A stretch of DNA of 63,331 bases, filler included, from 20 parts of 20 records of this genome joined end to end with filler, not necessarily neighbours in it; one strand, 5' to 3'; shown: positions 1 to 12,834, counted from the first letter of the whole stretch. Notes: generated from the letters alone by a model not told the origin. A program made the numbers and translations.

Positions 1-811
1 GCATATAGCCCATTTTTTTGCCGCAGTCGTAACTGTCGCCGGTCATCAGCATTGCATCAACGGATTGTTTTTTCGCCAGCTCGGCAATAGCATCAGTCAG
101 CTGAATACGTCCCCATGCACCAGGCTGAGTACGTTCCAGTTCCGGCCAAATATCGGCAGAAAGCACATAGCGACCTACGGCCATGATGTCTGAGTCCAGC
201 GTCTGCGGCTGATCCGGTTTTTCGATAAATTCAACAATGCGGCTGACTTTACCCTCACGGTCCAGCGGCTCTTTAGTCTGGATGACGGAGTATTCAGAGA
301 GGTCACCCGGCATACGTTTTGCCAGCACCTGGCTGCGGCCCGTTTCGTTGAAACGTGCAATCATGGCAGCAAGGTTGTAACGTAGCGGGTCGGCGCTGGC
401 ATCGTCGATCACAACGTCTGGCAGTACCACGACAAATGGGTTGTCACCAATGGCAGGTCGCGCACACAAAATGGAGTGGCCTAAACCTAAAGGTTCGCCC
501 TGACGCACGTTCATAATGGTCACGCCCGGCGGACAGATGGACTGTACTTCCGCCAGCAGTTGACGCTTCACGCGCTGCTCAAGGAGTGATTCTAACTCAT
601 AAGAGGTGTCGAAGTGGTTTTCGACCGCGTTCTTGGACGCGTGAGTTACCAGGAGGATTTCTTTGATCCCTGCAGCCACAATCTCGTCAACAATGTACTG
701 AATCATTGGCTTGTCGACGATTGGTAGCATCTCTTTGGGTATCGCCTTAGTGGCAGGCAACATATGCATCCCGAGACCCGCTACAGGAATAACTGCTTTT
801 AAATTCGTCAT
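1..811 (-). CDS. galF: UTP--glucose-1-phosphate uridylyltransferase-like protein GalF (3' end runs off window)
   Basis: Manual translation from ATG at 811 gives [30 protein letters not shown]...; absent from ORF track because no stop codon is in the window; lies downstream of wcaM as in E. coli. Confidence 0.93.
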   Translation of the reverse strand, partial: MTNLKAVIPVAGLGMHMLPATKAIPKEMLPIVDKPMIQYIVDEIVAAGIKEILLVTHASKNAVENHFDTSYELESLLEQRVKRQLLAEVQSICPPGVTIMNVRQGEPLGLGHSILCARPAIGDNPFVVVLPDVVIDDASADPLRYNLAAMIARFNETGRSQVLAKRMPGDLSEYSVIQTKEPLDREGKVSRIVEFIEKPDQPQTLDSDIMAVGRYVLSADIWPELERTQPGAWGRIQLTDAIAELAKKQSVDAMLMTGDSYDCGKKMGYM

Positions 812-985
812 TATTTCATCCACCTGTAAAATGGTTGCTGAATTATAGCTTGTTCGATTTTTTTCGCCAGCATCAATTACCCTGAATTGATTACTGAATT
901 ACTTGTGATGTTACGCCGCTTCGTTGTGGATTGCAGTAGCATTGTTCCTAAGTATGACTCCATTTTTCCAGGAATGGTCGCAAAT

Positions 986-2163
986 CTACTCCCTCAGTTC
1001 CGGCAATCTAAAGTTAATCTTCTCCACATTAACAATATGGTGATTAATCCTGTCGATATCGACGGAGCTTTGTCCTTTTTCATTCACCGCATGAACATTT
1101 GCAAGAGACAGCAGTGTTTCTTTTTTCGCCATAAAAACACCACGAACGTCTTTGCGCATGTCAAAGTTCATGCTCAATGCGGGTCCAACTGAGGATTCCT
1201 GCATCACATTGATATTTCGCATAAAAAAATGTTGCGGTTTGTTGTGTAACTCCAGCGACGCACGCTTCATCTCAATGTTAGTTAGCGCCACAAAGGAAAC
1301 AGCATTCCCGGCGGAGATTTGAATGCCGCGCAATTTATAAGCAAGATGAGTATTATCCAGTTGAATATCATTCACCCGGAAATTTTGCGGTATCGAGAGA
1401 TATTTGCCTTTAATTACCCCATAGCCGATTAACATCCCGGCGCTATTAATCATTTCAATATTATCAATCACGAAATTGTCACAACCGTAAATAGCGACTG
1501 TCGCGTTATCAATGCCCGCTTTCTTACTGAAATCCGGCGTGATATTGCGGGCTTTGATATTACGAATAACAAAATGTTTACCATTTTCAACATGTATCAA
1601 CTGCCGACAATCCGATCCCGTGATATTCGCCACGACAAAGTTTTTCACTGCCTGGTCTTCCGGGTAGTTGTTATCATAAGTGCTTCCCGCAAGGCCTATG
1701 CCGATGCCCCAGTTGATTTTGCCGTTGGTACAGTTGATGCGCTCGATGACATGGTCAGATATCAAAATATCACGGTCGTTAATTGCCACGTTCCATTCAA
1801 TGGCGTCGCCTTGTAAGTCGCTGAACTTACAATTGGTGATGTTGGCACCGATAATCTGGTTATGAAATCCCTGGCGTAAGATGGCGTAATTAGCGTGGCT
1901 AACGGTCAGGTTATCGATGATCAGGTTGCGCATGACCCGTTTGTTTTTGCCGCCGATATAAATCTGCGTCACCGGGCCAAAGCCGCTCATAGTCAGCCCT
2001 TTGATGGTGCAGTCAGAACCACGCACATCCAGGGTGATGTTATGCATACTGCCGCCATCCTCCCCTGTCACCTGGCTGCCGTCCTGTAAGACAAATCGCC
2101 CTCTGCCGTTGCCGCGCAAGCTTCCAAGAATGTGTAACGTTTTACCGGGAGGGATAAAGATGC
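986..2163 (-). CDS. wcaM: Colanic acid biosynthesis protein WcaM (5' truncated by gap)
   Basis: ORF 986..2119 plus upstream in-frame sequence; recognisable WcaM sequence; adjacent to galF. Confidence 0.92.
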
Positions 2164-2263
2164 NNNNNNNNNNNNNNNNNNNNNNNNNNNNNNNNNNNNN
2201 NNNNNNNTTAATTAATTAANNNNNNNNNNNNNNNNNNNNNNNNNNNNNNNNNNNNNNNNNNNN
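2164..2263. other. Artificial contig linker (44 N + TTAATTAATTAA + 44 N). Recurs at 4584, 8083, 10263, 12735, 15367, 18228, 21536, 23642, 29501, 31935, 34831, 37543, 40590, 43091, 47993, 51064, 55880 and 60475
   Basis: 19 identical 100-nt spacers whose core has stop codons in all six frames; gene context breaks at each one. Confidence 0.99.
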
Positions 2264-2277
2264 AAAAGGACGAAATC

Positions 2278-3315
2278 ATGGTCATCAACTGCGCCTTTAT
2301 TGGCTTCGGCAAAAGCACCACCCGTTACCATCTGCCGTATGTACTTAACCGCAAGGATAGCTGGCATGTCGCGCATATTTTTCGTCGCCATGCGAAGCCG
2401 GAAGAACAGGCTCCCATTTATTCCCATATCCATTTCACCAGCGATCTCGACGAAGTACTAAACGATCCCGATGTTAAGCTGGTTGTTGTCTGCACCCACG
2501 CGGACAGCCATTTCGAGTACGCGAAACGCGCGCTGGAAGCCGGGAAAAATGTGCTGGTCGAAAAACCGTTCACTCCGACACTTGCGCAGGCGAAAGAGCT
2601 GTTTGCGTTGGCGAAAAGCAAAGGGCTGACCGTCACGCCGTATCAGAATCGTCGCTTTGACTCCTGCTTCCTGACAGCGAAAAAAGCGATTGAAAGTGGC
2701 AAGTTGGGAGAGATTGTTGAAGTGGAAAGCCATTTTGACTATTACCGCCCGGTGGCAGAAACCAAACCTGGGCTGCCGCAGGATGGCGCGTTTTATGGCC
2801 TTGGTGTGCATACGATGGACCAGATTATTTCTCTGTTCGGTCGCCCGGATCACGTCGCTTATGACATCCGCAGCCTGCGTAATAAAGCCAATCCTGACGA
2901 CACCTTTGAAGCGCAACTGTTTTATGGCGACCTGAAAGCCATCGTCAAAACCAGCCATCTGGTGAAAATCGATTATCCGAAATTTATCGTTCACGGTAAG
3001 AAAGGTTCGTTTATTAAATACGGTATCGACCAGCAGGAAACCAGCCTGAAGGCTAATATTATGCCGGGCGAACCGGGATTCGCAGCGGATGATTCGGTCG
3101 GTGTGCTGGAGTATGTCAATGACGAGGGCGTGACGGTCAGAGAAGAGATGAAGCCGGAGATGGGCGATTACGGGCGCGTTTATGATGCGTTGTATCAAAC
3201 CATCACCCACGGTGCGCCAAATTACGTCAAGGAATCTGAAGTTCTTACCAATCTGGAAATCCTTGAACGCGGATTTGAGCAAGCCTCTCCCTCCACAGTA
3301 ACTCTCGCTAAGTAA
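2278..3315 (+). CDS. yhhX: Gfo/Idh/MocA-family oxidoreductase YhhX
   Basis: 345 aa ORF; N-terminal Rossmann GFGKS, EKP motif; upstream of yhhW. Confidence 0.92.
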   Translation: MVINCAFIGFGKSTTRYHLPYVLNRKDSWHVAHIFRRHAKPEEQAPIYSHIHFTSDLDEVLNDPDVKLVVVCTHADSHFEYAKRALEAGKNVLVEKPFTPTLAQAKELFALAKSKGLTVTPYQNRRFDSCFLTAKKAIESGKLGEIVEVESHFDYYRPVAETKPGLPQDGAFYGLGVHTMDQIISLFGRPDHVAYDIRSLRNKANPDDTFEAQLFYGDLKAIVKTSHLVKIDYPKFIVHGKKGSFIKYGIDQQETSLKANIMPGEPGFAADDSVGVLEYVNDEGVTVREEMKPEMGDYGRVYDALYQTITHGAPNYVKESEVLTNLEILERGFEQASPSTVTLAK

Positions 3316-3437
3316 GTTTGATGGCCCCTCGAATAGTTCAATTTTTTTGAACAGAGGGGTCAATTTTCACCCTCTATCATCCCAGGCAGATCGGGTCCAC
3401 ACTAAGCCCATCGAAATCATTCAGGGGGCGAATACAA

Positions 3438-4133
3438 ATGATCTACTTACGCAAAGCAAATGAACGTGGTCATGCAAATCATGGCTGGCTGGACTCCTGG
3501 CATACTTTCTCTTTTGCCAACTATTACGATCCGAACTTTATGGGCTTCTCCGCGCTGCGCGTGATTAACGACGACGTGATTGAAGCAGGGCAGGGCTTCG
3601 GCACTCACCCGCATAAAGATATGGAAATTTTGACCTACGTGCTGGAAGGTACTGTTGAGCATCAGGACAGCATGGGCAATAAAGAGCAGGTTCCGGCGGG
3701 TGAGTTCCAGATTATGAGTGCTGGTACGGGTATTCGTCACTCAGAGTACAACCCAAGCAGCACCGAGCGTCTGCATCTGTATCAGATCTGGATCATGCCT
3801 GAAGAAAACGGTATTACGCCGCGTTATGAACAGCGTCGCTTCGATGCCGTACAGGGCAAACAGCTGGTGCTCTCGCCGGATGCGCGAGATGGTTCATTGA
3901 AAGTGCATCAGGATATGGAACTGTACCGCTGGGCGTTGCTGAAAGATGAGCAGTCGGTGCATCAGATTGCCGCTGAACGCCGCGTCTGGATCCAGGTGGT
4001 GAAAGGCAATGTCACCATTAACGGCGTGAAAGTCTCGACCAGCGATGGTCTGGCAATCTGGGATGAGCAGGCAATCTCCATCCATGCGGATAGCGACAGC
4101 GAAGTGTTACTGTTCGATCTGCCGCCGGTTTAA
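3438..4133 (+). CDS. yhhW: Pirin-like quercetin 2,3-dioxygenase YhhW
   Basis: 231 aa; pirin motifs GFGTHPHKDMEILTY and GTGIRHSE. Confidence 0.94.
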   Translation: MIYLRKANERGHANHGWLDSWHTFSFANYYDPNFMGFSALRVINDDVIEAGQGFGTHPHKDMEILTYVLEGTVEHQDSMGNKEQVPAGEFQIMSAGTGIRHSEYNPSSTERLHLYQIWIMPEENGITPRYEQRRFDAVQGKQLVLSPDARDGSLKVHQDMELYRWALLKDEQSVHQIAAERRVWIQVVKGNVTINGVKVSTSDGLAIWDEQAISIHADSDSEVLLFDLPPV

Positions 4134-4150
4134 AACTCAACGGCATCTTT

Positions 4151-4174
4151 GAAGCCTGCCTTTTTGCAGGCTTC
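4151..4174. terminator. Hairpin, putative terminator after yhhW
   Basis: Inverted repeat GAAGCCTGC...GCAGGCTTC just after the stop codon. Confidence 0.55.
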
Positions 4175-4356
4175 CTCGCTCGCTCCGGTCGCGTGCTGAT
4201 GTACGCTTCCGGGGTTTTGCCGCGTCGTTAGCACAATGCGATGCAATTGATTTAGTGTATATCTAATAATTGTAAACAAGCACTGTTTTCCCCGGGAAGG
4301 TTCTGATGTGTCCGTGTTAAACTAAGAGAATCTATCTCTTTTGTACCTTCAGGACG

Positions 4357-4583
4357 ATGAAAAAGAAAAGACCCGTACTTCAGGATGTGGCTGACCGTGT
4401 AGGCGTGACCAAAATGACGGTCAGCCGTTTTTTACGCAACCCGGAGCAGGTTTCCGTCGCTCTACGCGGCAAGATTGCCGCGGCTCTTGATGAACTGGGC
4501 TATATTCCCAATCGTGCGCCCGATATCCTCTCTAACGCCACCAGCCGGGCGATTGGCGTCCTGTTACCTTCTCTCACCAACCA
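4357..4583 (+). CDS. gntR: LacI-family gluconate repressor GntR (3' truncated)
   Basis: MKKKRPVLQDVADRVGVTKMTVSR helix-turn-helix; follows yhhW. Confidence 0.92.
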
Positions 4584-4683
4584 NNNNNNNNNNNNNNNNN
4601 NNNNNNNNNNNNNNNNNNNNNNNNNNNTTAATTAATTAANNNNNNNNNNNNNNNNNNNNNNNNNNNNNNNNNNNNNNNNNNNN

Positions 4684-7557
4684 TTACTGGTATTCGCTAA
4701 TCGGTACGCAGGAGCAGAACAGGTTACGGTCGCCGTAAACATCATCCAGACGTTTCACTGTCGGCCAGTATTTGTCTGCCACACCTGCCGGGAATACCGC
4801 AACTTCACGGCTGTACGGATGCGCCCACTCGGCGACCAGTTCGCTCTGAATGTGCGGCGCGTTCACCAGCGGGTTATCTTCCAGCGGCCAGACACCGGCT
4901 TTCACCTGGTCAATTTCTGCGCGGATAGCCAGCATCGCGTCGATAAAGCGATCCAGTTCCACTTTGCTTTCAGATTCAGTCGGTTCAACCATCAGCGTAC
5001 CCGCCACCGGGAACGACATCGTCGGCGCGTGGAAACCGTAGTCGATCAGGCGCTTGGCAATATCCAGCTCGCTGATGCCGGTTTCTTCTTTCAGCGGGCG
5101 AATATCGAGAATACATTCGTGCGCCACGCGACCGTCGCGACCGGTATACAGCACCGGGAAGGCATCCTGCAGGCGGCTGGCAATATAGTTGGCGTTGAGG
5201 ATTGCCACCTGGCTTGCTTTTTTCAGCCCTTCTGCGCCCATCATGCGGATGTACATCCAGCTGATTGGCAGGATAGAGGCGCTACCGAACGGTGCCGCAG
5301 AAACCGCGCCCTGACGGGTTAACATGCCTTCGATTTGCACCACGCTATGACCCGGTACAAACGGTGCCAAATGCGCTTTCACGCCGATCGGTCCCATACC
5401 CGGACCACCACCGCCGTGCGGAATGCAGAAAGTTTTATGTAGGTTAAGGTGTGAAACGTCCGCACCAATAAAGCCCGGCGAGGTGATGCCAACCTGGGCG
5501 TTCATGTTCGCGCCATCAAGGTAAACCTGACCGCCGAACTGATGCACGACTTCACACACTTCACGGATCGTTTCTTCATACACGCCGTGGGTAGAAGGAT
5601 AAGTCACCATGATACAGGAGAGGTTATCGCCCGCCTGTTCCGCTTTCGCGCGCAGATCAGTCAGATCGATGTTGCCGTTTTTATCACACGCCACAACCAC
5701 CACCTGCATTCCTGCCATATGTGCAGAAGCGGGGTTAGTTCCGTGCGCAGAAGCCGGGATCAGGCAGATATCGCGATGCCCTTCGTTGCGGCTTTCATGA
5801 TAATGACGAATCGCCAGCAGGCCCGCGTATTCGCCCTGTGCGCCAGAGTTCGGCTGCATACAAACGGCGTCGTAACCGGTCAGTTTCACCAGCCAGTCAG
5901 CCAGCTGCGCAATCATCTGCTGATAACCTTCGGCCTGCTCCGGCGGGCAGAACGGGTGCAGTTCGGCAAATTCCGGCCAGGTGATTGGGATCATCTCGGC
6001 GGCGGCGTTCAGTTTCATGGTGCAGGAACCCAGCGGGATCATCGCCTGATTCAGCGCCAGATCTTTACGCTCCAGCGAGTGCATATAGCGCATCATTTCG
6101 GTTTCGCTGTGGTAGCGATTAAACACCGGATGGGTGAGGATTTCGTCGTCGCGCAGCATCGCAGGCTGGATAGAGCGGCTGTCGTGAGCCACGTCTTTGT
6201 CCAGCGTGTCGATGTCCAGGCCGTGGTTATCGCCCAGCAGCACGTTGAAAAGCTGCATTACGTTTTCACGCGTGGTTGTTTCATCAAGGGTGATCCCAAC
6301 CGCGTTCAGAATATCGCTACGCAGGTTGATTTCAGCCGCTTCGGCACGCGTCAGTACGCCCGCTTTGTCGGCCACTTCCACACACAAGGTGTCGAAATAG
6401 TGCGCATGGCGCAGTTTCAGACCTTTTTGTTGCAGGCCCGCCGCCAGGATATCGGTCAGACGGTGAATGCGGTTAGCGATACGTTTCAGGCCAACCGGGC
6501 CGTGATAAACGGCATACAGGCTGGCGATGTTTGCCAGCAGTACCTGGGAAGTACAAATGTTGGAGTTCGCTTTCTCACGGCGGATATGTTGCTCGCGAGT
6601 CTGCATCGCCATGCGCAGCGCGGTATTGCCAGCTGCATCTTTCGATACACCGATAATACGGCCCGGCATTGAGCGTTTGTATTCATCTTTCGCCGCAAAG
6701 AATGCCGCGTGTGGGCCACCGTAGCCCATCGGCACGCCGAAGCGTTGCGCCGAACCAAAAACAATATCCGCGCCCTGTTTACCCGGCGCAGTTAACAGCA
6801 CCAGCGCCATAATATCGGCGGCAACGCTGACCACAATTTTGCGTGATTTCAGTTCGCTAATAAGCGCAGTGTAGTCGTGAATTTCACCGGTAGTGCCTAC
6901 CTGCTGTAACAGCACGCCGAAGACGTCCTGATGGTCGAGCACTTTTTGCGCGTCATCGACAATCACTTCAAAACCAAAGGTTTCGGCACGAGTACGGACC
7001 ACATCCAGCGTTTGCGGATGCACATCGGAAGCCACGAAGAAGCGGTTGGCATTTTTCAGTTTGCTGACGCGTTTCGCCATCGCCATTGCTTCGGCGGCAG
7101 CGGTGGCCTCGTCCAGAAGAGAAGCAGAGGCCATATCCAGTCCAGTCAAATCCAGCGTTACCTGCTGGAAGTTGAGCAGTGCTTCAAGGCGGCCCTGGGA
7201 GACTTCAGGTTGATACGGAGTGTACGCGGTATACCAGCCCGGATTTTCCAGCATGTTACGCAGGATAACCGGCGGTAGCTGCACGGCGGTGTAACCCATG
7301 CCGATGTAAGACGTGAAGCGTTTATTGCGACTGGCAATAGCCTTGAGTTCTGCCAGTGCGGCGTATTCGGTCGCCGGTGCGCCAACCTGCGGTGGTGTCG
7401 CAAGTTGAATATCTTTCGGCACAATCTGGCCGGTCAGCGCGTTTAACGATTGTGCACCAACGGCATTCAGCATTTCTTGCTGTTGCGCGGCGTCCGGTCC
7501 GATATGGCGTTCAATAAAAGCGCCGCTGTTTTCAAGCTGGCTTAACGTCTGTGTCAT
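4684..7557 (-). CDS. gcvP: Glycine decarboxylase, P protein of the glycine cleavage system
   Basis: 957 aa; PLP-lysine motif HLNLHKTF. Confidence 0.97.
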   Translation of the reverse strand: MTQTLSQLENSGAFIERHIGPDAAQQQEMLNAVGAQSLNALTGQIVPKDIQLATPPQVGAPATEYAALAELKAIASRNKRFTSYIGMGYTAVQLPPVILRNMLENPGWYTAYTPYQPEVSQGRLEALLNFQQVTLDLTGLDMASASLLDEATAAAEAMAMAKRVSKLKNANRFFVASDVHPQTLDVVRTRAETFGFEVIVDDAQKVLDHQDVFGVLLQQVGTTGEIHDYTALISELKSRKIVVSVAADIMALVLLTAPGKQGADIVFGSAQRFGVPMGYGGPHAAFFAAKDEYKRSMPGRIIGVSKDAAGNTALRMAMQTREQHIRREKANSNICTSQVLLANIASLYAVYHGPVGLKRIANRIHRLTDILAAGLQQKGLKLRHAHYFDTLCVEVADKAGVLTRAEAAEINLRSDILNAVGITLDETTTRENVMQLFNVLLGDNHGLDIDTLDKDVAHDSRSIQPAMLRDDEILTHPVFNRYHSETEMMRYMHSLERKDLALNQAMIPLGSCTMKLNAAAEMIPITWPEFAELHPFCPPEQAEGYQQMIAQLADWLVKLTGYDAVCMQPNSGAQGEYAGLLAIRHYHESRNEGHRDICLIPASAHGTNPASAHMAGMQVVVVACDKNGNIDLTDLRAKAEQAGDNLSCIMVTYPSTHGVYEETIREVCEVVHQFGGQVYLDGANMNAQVGITSPGFIGADVSHLNLHKTFCIPHGGGGPGMGPIGVKAHLAPFVPGHSVVQIEGMLTRQGAVSAAPFGSASILPISWMYIRMMGAEGLKKASQVAILNANYIASRLQDAFPVLYTGRDGRVAHECILDIRPLKEETGISELDIAKRLIDYGFHAPTMSFPVAGTLMVEPTESESKVELDRFIDAMLAIRAEIDQVKAGVWPLEDNPLVNAPHIQSELVAEWAHPYSREVAVFPAGVADKYWPTVKRLDDVYGDRNLFCSCVPISEYQ

Positions 7558-7593
7558 GAGCGATGGTTCCTGAAACGTGCAGTGAATTGTGAA

Positions 7594-7664
7594 CCTCTCT
7601 CCTTACGAAGAGAGTGAGGGTGAGGCATAAATTTTCCTCACCCTGATCCTCTCCCGCAGAAGAG
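7594..7664. repeat. BoxC-like intergenic inverted repeat between gcvH and gcvP
   Basis: GAGGGTGAGG...CCTCACCCTGATCCTCTCCC arms resemble the E. coli BoxC core CCCTCACCCTAACCCTCTCCC. Confidence 0.5.
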
Positions 7665-7675
7665 GAATAAAGCCG

Positions 7676-8065
7676 TTACTCGTCTTCTAACAATGCTTCG
7701 TATGCGGTCGCATCCAGCAGTGATTCCAGTTCGCTTTCATCGCTGGCTTTGATTTTAAAGATCCAGCCGCCTGCATACGGTTCGCTGTTCACCAGTTCCG
7801 GGGAATCGCTCAGTGCGTCGTTTACCGCCACGATTTCACCGCTTACTGGCGCATAAATGTCTGACGCCGCTTTTACCGATTCGGCAACCGCGCAGTCATC
7901 GCCCGCGCTAACCGTTGCGCCCACTTCCGGCAGGTCAACAAACACCATATCGCCTAACAGCTCCTGAGCATGTTCGGTAATACCAACGGTGTAAGTGCCG
8001 TCGGCTTCTTTACGCAGCCATTCGTGTTCTTTGCTGTATTTCAGTTCTGCTGGTACGTTGCTCAT
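7676..8065 (-). CDS. gcvH: Glycine cleavage system H protein
   Basis: [16 protein letters not shown]; lipoyl-lysine motif ESVKAASD; 129 aa from ATG at 8065. Confidence 0.96.
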
Positions 8066-8182
8066 CAATCAATCTCCAAAAANNNNNNNNNNNNNNNNNN
8101 NNNNNNNNNNNNNNNNNNNNNNNNNNTTAATTAATTAANNNNNNNNNNNNNNNNNNNNNNNNNNNNNNNNNNNNNNNNNNNN

Positions 8183-9899
8183 GTTTGGTAAACGTGATAT
8201 TGCTGGTACGGGTCTGTTTGACGGTGAGTATCTGGTGGCCAGCAAGCAAGCGGGGCCATTTGATTTCACCCTCGGGATGGCATGGGGCTACGCCGGTAAT
8301 GCGGGCAATATTACCAACCCGTTTTGCCGGGTGAGCGATAAATATTGTCATCGCGCAGAGTCTCACGATGCGGGCGATATCAGCTTTAGCGATATCTTTC
8401 GTGGCCCGGCTTCCATCTTTGGCGGCATTGAGTATCAAACGCCGTGGAATCCCCTGCGTCTGAAACTCGAATACGATGGAAACAATTACCAGAATGATTT
8501 CGCTGGCAAACTGCCTCAGGCAAGCCATTTCAACGTCGGCGCAGTTTATCGCGCTGCCAGCTGGGCAGATCTCAACCTGAGTTATGAACGCGGTAACACG
8601 TTGATGTTTGGCTTCACGTTACGGACCAATTTCAACGATCTGCGCCCTGCCCTGCGCGATACGCCAAAACCGGCATATCAACCTGCGCCTGAATCTGAAG
8701 GATTGCAGTACACCACGGTAGCAAACCAACTTACCGCCCTGAAGTATAACGCGGGCTTTGACGCGCCAGAAATTCAGCTACGCGATAAGACACTGTATAT
8801 GTCTGGTCAGCAATACAAATACCGTGACTCTCGTGAAGCGGTCGATCGTGCCAACCGGATTCTGGTGAATAACCTGCCGCAAGGCGTTGAGAAGATTAGC
8901 GTGACGCAAAAGCGCGAGCATATGGCGATGGTGACTACCGAAACCGACGTAGCCAGCCTGCGCAAACAGCTGGCAGGTACAGCGCCTGGTCAATCAGAGC
9001 CACTGCAACAACAACGTGTTGAAGCTGAAGATCTTTCTGCCTTTGGTCGGGGCTACCGTATTCGTGAAGATCGCTTTAGCTACTCTTTCAACCCAACACT
9101 TTCACAGTCGCTGGGCGGCCCGGAAGATTTCTATATGTTCCAGCTGGGGCTGATGTCCAGTGCCCGCTACTGGTTTACCGACCACCTGCTGCTTGATGGC
9201 GGTATTTTCACCAATATTTACAACAACTACGACAAGTTTAAGTCTTCGCTGTTGCCCGCGGACTCTACCCTGCCCCGCGTGCGCACGCATATCCGTGACT
9301 ACGTTCGCAATGACGTTTATCTCAACAACTTGCAGGCGAACTATTTTGCTGACTTAGGCAATGGTTTCTATGGCCAGGTGTATGGCGGTTATCTGGAAAC
9401 GATGTACGCCGGTGTCGGTTCCGAGCTGCTTTATCGCCCGCTAGATGCCTGCTGGGCGCTGGGTGTGGACGTTAACTACGTGAAGCAACGTGACTGGGAC
9501 AACATGATGCGTTTCACCGATTATTCCACGCCAACAGGTTTCGTGACGGCTTACTGGAACCCGCCGACGCTCAATGGCGTACTGATGAAACTTAGCGTTG
9601 GGCAATATCTGGCAAAAGATAAAGGCGCAACGATCGACGTCGCCAAACGCTTTGACAGCGGCGTGGCGGTAGGGGTATGGGCGGCAATCAGTAACGTATC
9701 TAAAGATGACTACGGCGAAGGCGGCTTTAGTAAAGGTTTTTATATCTCGATTCCATTCGACTTGATGACCATTGGACCTAACCGCAACCGCGCGGTGGTT
9801 TCGTGGACACCATTGACGCGTGATGGTGGACAAATGCTGTCACGCAAATACCAGCTCTATCCAATGACGGCAGAGCGAGAAGTACCGGTTGGACAATAA
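8183..9899 (+). CDS. gfcD: Group 4 capsule outer-membrane lipoprotein GfcD, YjbH family (5' truncated)
   Basis: Long ORF with YjbH-type beta-barrel C-terminus; directly followed by gfcE. Confidence 0.85.
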
Positions 9900-9944
9900 C
9901 CTGACGTAATTCATAACATTACATTGACTGATAAATATAAACCA

Positions 9945-10262
9945 ATGAAAAAGAACATTTTTAAGTTTTCGGTACTGACATTGGCTGTTCTGTCTTTGAC
10001 AGCATGTACCCTTGTTCCTGGTCAGAATTTATCGACCAGTAACAAGGATGTCATTGAACTACCTGACAATCAGTATGACCTGGACAAAATGGTCAATATC
10101 TATCCCGTCACGCCAGGATTGATTGATCAGTTGCGCGCCAAACCGATTATGTCGCAGGCTAACCCGGAGCTGGAGCAGCAAATCGCAAACTATGAATATC
10201 GTATCGGGATTGGTGATGTGTTGATGGTTACGGTCTGGGATCACCCGGAACTAACCACCCCC
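9945..10262 (+). CDS. gfcE: Wza-like polysaccharide export lipoprotein GfcE (3' truncated)
   Basis: Lipoprotein signal ...[27 protein letters not shown] polysaccharide-export motif. Confidence 0.88.
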
Positions 10263-10362
10263 NNNNNNNNNNNNNNNNNNNNNNNNNNNNNNNNNNNNNN
10301 NNNNNNTTAATTAATTAANNNNNNNNNNNNNNNNNNNNNNNNNNNNNNNNNNNNNNNNNNNN

Positions 10363-11189
10363 CCTTCACGAGATTCCCGCGCCCCGGTAAACGCGCCTTT
10401 TACATGACCAAACAGCGTCGACATGGCGGTATCGCCGCGCAGGGTGGCGCAGTTCACTTCCACAAACGCGCCGCTAAACTGATGCCGCGCCTGTTTTAAC
10501 TCTAAGATGCGTCGCGCCAGAAATGACTTGCCCGCGCCGGTTGGACCGTTAAGCAGAATCGGCGCGCGGGATTTGATCGCCACTTTTTCGATCTGCTCAA
10601 TCATGCGGTTGAAGTGGGGGTTACGCGTGGCAATGCCGGACTTAAGAAAATCAAGCGTTTGCTGGCGTTCCTCGGCAAAGCGGCTGGCGATGGCGTTATA
10701 ACGGCTTAAATCGAGATCGATAATCGTTACTTCACCTGGGCCGCGCGGCTGTTCTTTTTTGCGCGGAGGTGAAGATTGTATCAGCCGGGCGGGCAGGTAA
10801 CGCGCTTCTGCCAGCAGAAACCAGCAAATCTGCGCGACGTGGGTACCGGTGGTGATGTGAATTAAATAGTCTTCTTTTTCTGGCTGAAACTCGTAACCAC
10901 GGGCGAAATCATGCAGGCAGGCGTAGACCTCTTCGAAATCCCACGGGTTATGCAGTTCAATCTCAACGCTCACCACTTCTGTTTCTGGCGAAACGCTGGC
11001 GATATCGCGTTTAAGCGTTTCAAATAGCGAGCGCGAGCGGGCGTCGTGCAACAATTCCAGTCGATCGATGACCAACGATTCTTGCTGGCATAAACAGAGT
11101 GTCGGACGCCATTTTGACCAGCGCTGACTGCCGCGCCCGGCATAATCCAGTACGGTACCGACAAAACCAAAAGCCACTGTTTTACGCAT
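10363..11189 (-). CDS. rtcR: Sigma54-dependent activator RtcR (3' truncated)
   Basis: N-terminal CARF-type region, Walker A GPTGAGKS, GAFTGA loop; divergent from rtcB. Confidence 0.95.
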
Positions 11190-11323
11190 CTTAGATATCC
11201 TTATAAAAGACGATATTTCATTATCGGTAAATTGGCTTTGCGGGAAATCTCCGGTTACGGACGTAAAGATATAATCTTTTTTAAAACAATGAATTAAAAA
11301 ATTAAGCTGCTTATTTAATTTTC

Positions 11324-11339
11324 TGGCACGACGGTTGCA
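11324..11339 (+). promoter_or_regulatory. Sigma54 -24/-12 promoter of rtcBA
   Basis: TGGCAC-GACGG-TTGCA matches the TGGCAC-N5-TTGC consensus. Confidence 0.88.
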
Positions 11340-11377
11340 ATTATCAGGACAGCAAACAACGAAAAGAGAAAAACAAA

Positions 11378-12604
11378 ATGAATTACGAATTACTGACCAC
11401 TGAAAATGCCCCGGTAAAAATGTGGACCAAAGGCGTGCCGGTAGAGGCCGATGCGCGTCAGCAACTTATTAATACGGCGAAGATGCCGTTTATTTTCAAA
11501 CATATTGCGGTAATGCCTGATGTACACCTGGGTAAAGGTTCCACCATTGGTAGCGTGATCCCGACCAAAGGGGCGATTATTCCGGCGGCGGTGGGCGTGG
11601 ATATTGGCTGTGGAATGAACGCGCTGCGTACCGCGTTAACGGCGGAAGACCTGCCTGAAAACCTGGCAGAGCTGCGTCAGGCGATTGAAACGGCCGTGCC
11701 GCACGGGCGTACCACTGGCCGTTGTAAACGTGATAAAGGTGCCTGGGAAAATCCACCTGTTAACGTCGATGCTAAATGGGCTGAGCTTGAAGCCGGTTAT
11801 CAGTGGTTAACGCAAAAATATCCCCGTTTCCTGAATACCAATAACTATAAACACCTGGGAACGCTGGGAACCGGTAACCACTTTATTGAAATCTGCCTTG
11901 ATGAGTCGGACCAGGTGTGGATTATGCTGCACTCCGGTTCACGCGGAATTGGTAACGCCATCGGGACTTACTTTATCGATCTGGCACAAAAAGAGATGCA
12001 GGAAACGCTTGAGACGTTGCCGTCGCGTGATCTGGCGTACTTTATGGAAGGTACGGAATACTTTGATGATTACCTGAAAGCCGTGGCCTGGGCGCAGCTT
12101 TTTGCCAGCCTTAACCGCGATGCGATGATGGAAAACGTGGTAACGGCATTGCAGAGCATTACGCAGAAAACGGTCAGACAGCCACAAACGCTGGCGATGG
12201 AAGAGATCAACTGTCACCACAACTATGTGCAAAAAGAACAGCACTTTGGTGAAGAGATCTACGTGACGCGTAAAGGCGCGGTGTCTGCGCGTGCTGGTCA
12301 ATATGGAATTATTCCCGGTTCGATGGGAGCAAAAAGCTTTATCGTCCGTGGGCTGGGAAATGAAGAGTCGTTCTGTTCGTGCAGCCACGGTGCCGGGCGG
12401 GTAATGAGCCGAACTAAAGCGAAAAAACTGTTCAGCGTGGAAGATCAAATTCGTGCCACCGCGCATGTGGAATGCCGTAAAGATGCCGAAGTGATCGACG
12501 AAATCCCGATGGCGTATAAAGATATTGATGCGGTGATGGCGGCACAAAGCGATCTGGTGGAAGTTATCTATACCCTGCGTCAGGTGGTGTGCGTAAAAGG
12601 ATAA
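11378..12604 (+). CDS. rtcB: RNA-splicing/repair ligase RtcB
   Basis: 408 aa; motifs MPDVH, GVDIGCG, GTGNHF, HSGSRG and SHGAGR. Confidence 0.97.
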   Translation: MNYELLTTENAPVKMWTKGVPVEADARQQLINTAKMPFIFKHIAVMPDVHLGKGSTIGSVIPTKGAIIPAAVGVDIGCGMNALRTALTAEDLPENLAELRQAIETAVPHGRTTGRCKRDKGAWENPPVNVDAKWAELEAGYQWLTQKYPRFLNTNNYKHLGTLGTGNHFIEICLDESDQVWIMLHSGSRGIGNAIGTYFIDLAQKEMQETLETLPSRDLAYFMEGTEYFDDYLKAVAWAQLFASLNRDAMMENVVTALQSITQKTVRQPQTLAMEEINCHHNYVQKEQHFGEEIYVTRKGAVSARAGQYGIIPGSMGAKSFIVRGLGNEESFCSCSHGAGRVMSRTKAKKLFSVEDQIRATAHVECRKDAEVIDEIPMAYKDIDAVMAAQSDLVEVIYTLRQVVCVKG

Positions 12605-12734
<130 letters not shown>

Positions 12735-12834
12735 NNNNNNNNNNNNNNNNNNNNNNNNNNNNNNNNNNNNNNNNNNNNTTAATTAATTAANNNNNNNNNN
12801 NNNNNNNNNNNNNNNNNNNNNNNNNNNNNNNNNN

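Noticed and set aside
2208-2219. Recurrent TTAATTAATTAA as a biological repeat or CRISPR-like unit
   Set aside because: It is always centred in a fixed-length N run; it is an artificial six-frame-stop linker.
2264-2277. RyhB sRNA expected near yhhX
   Set aside because: The contig begins only 14 nt before yhhX, so the sRNA locus is not in the window.
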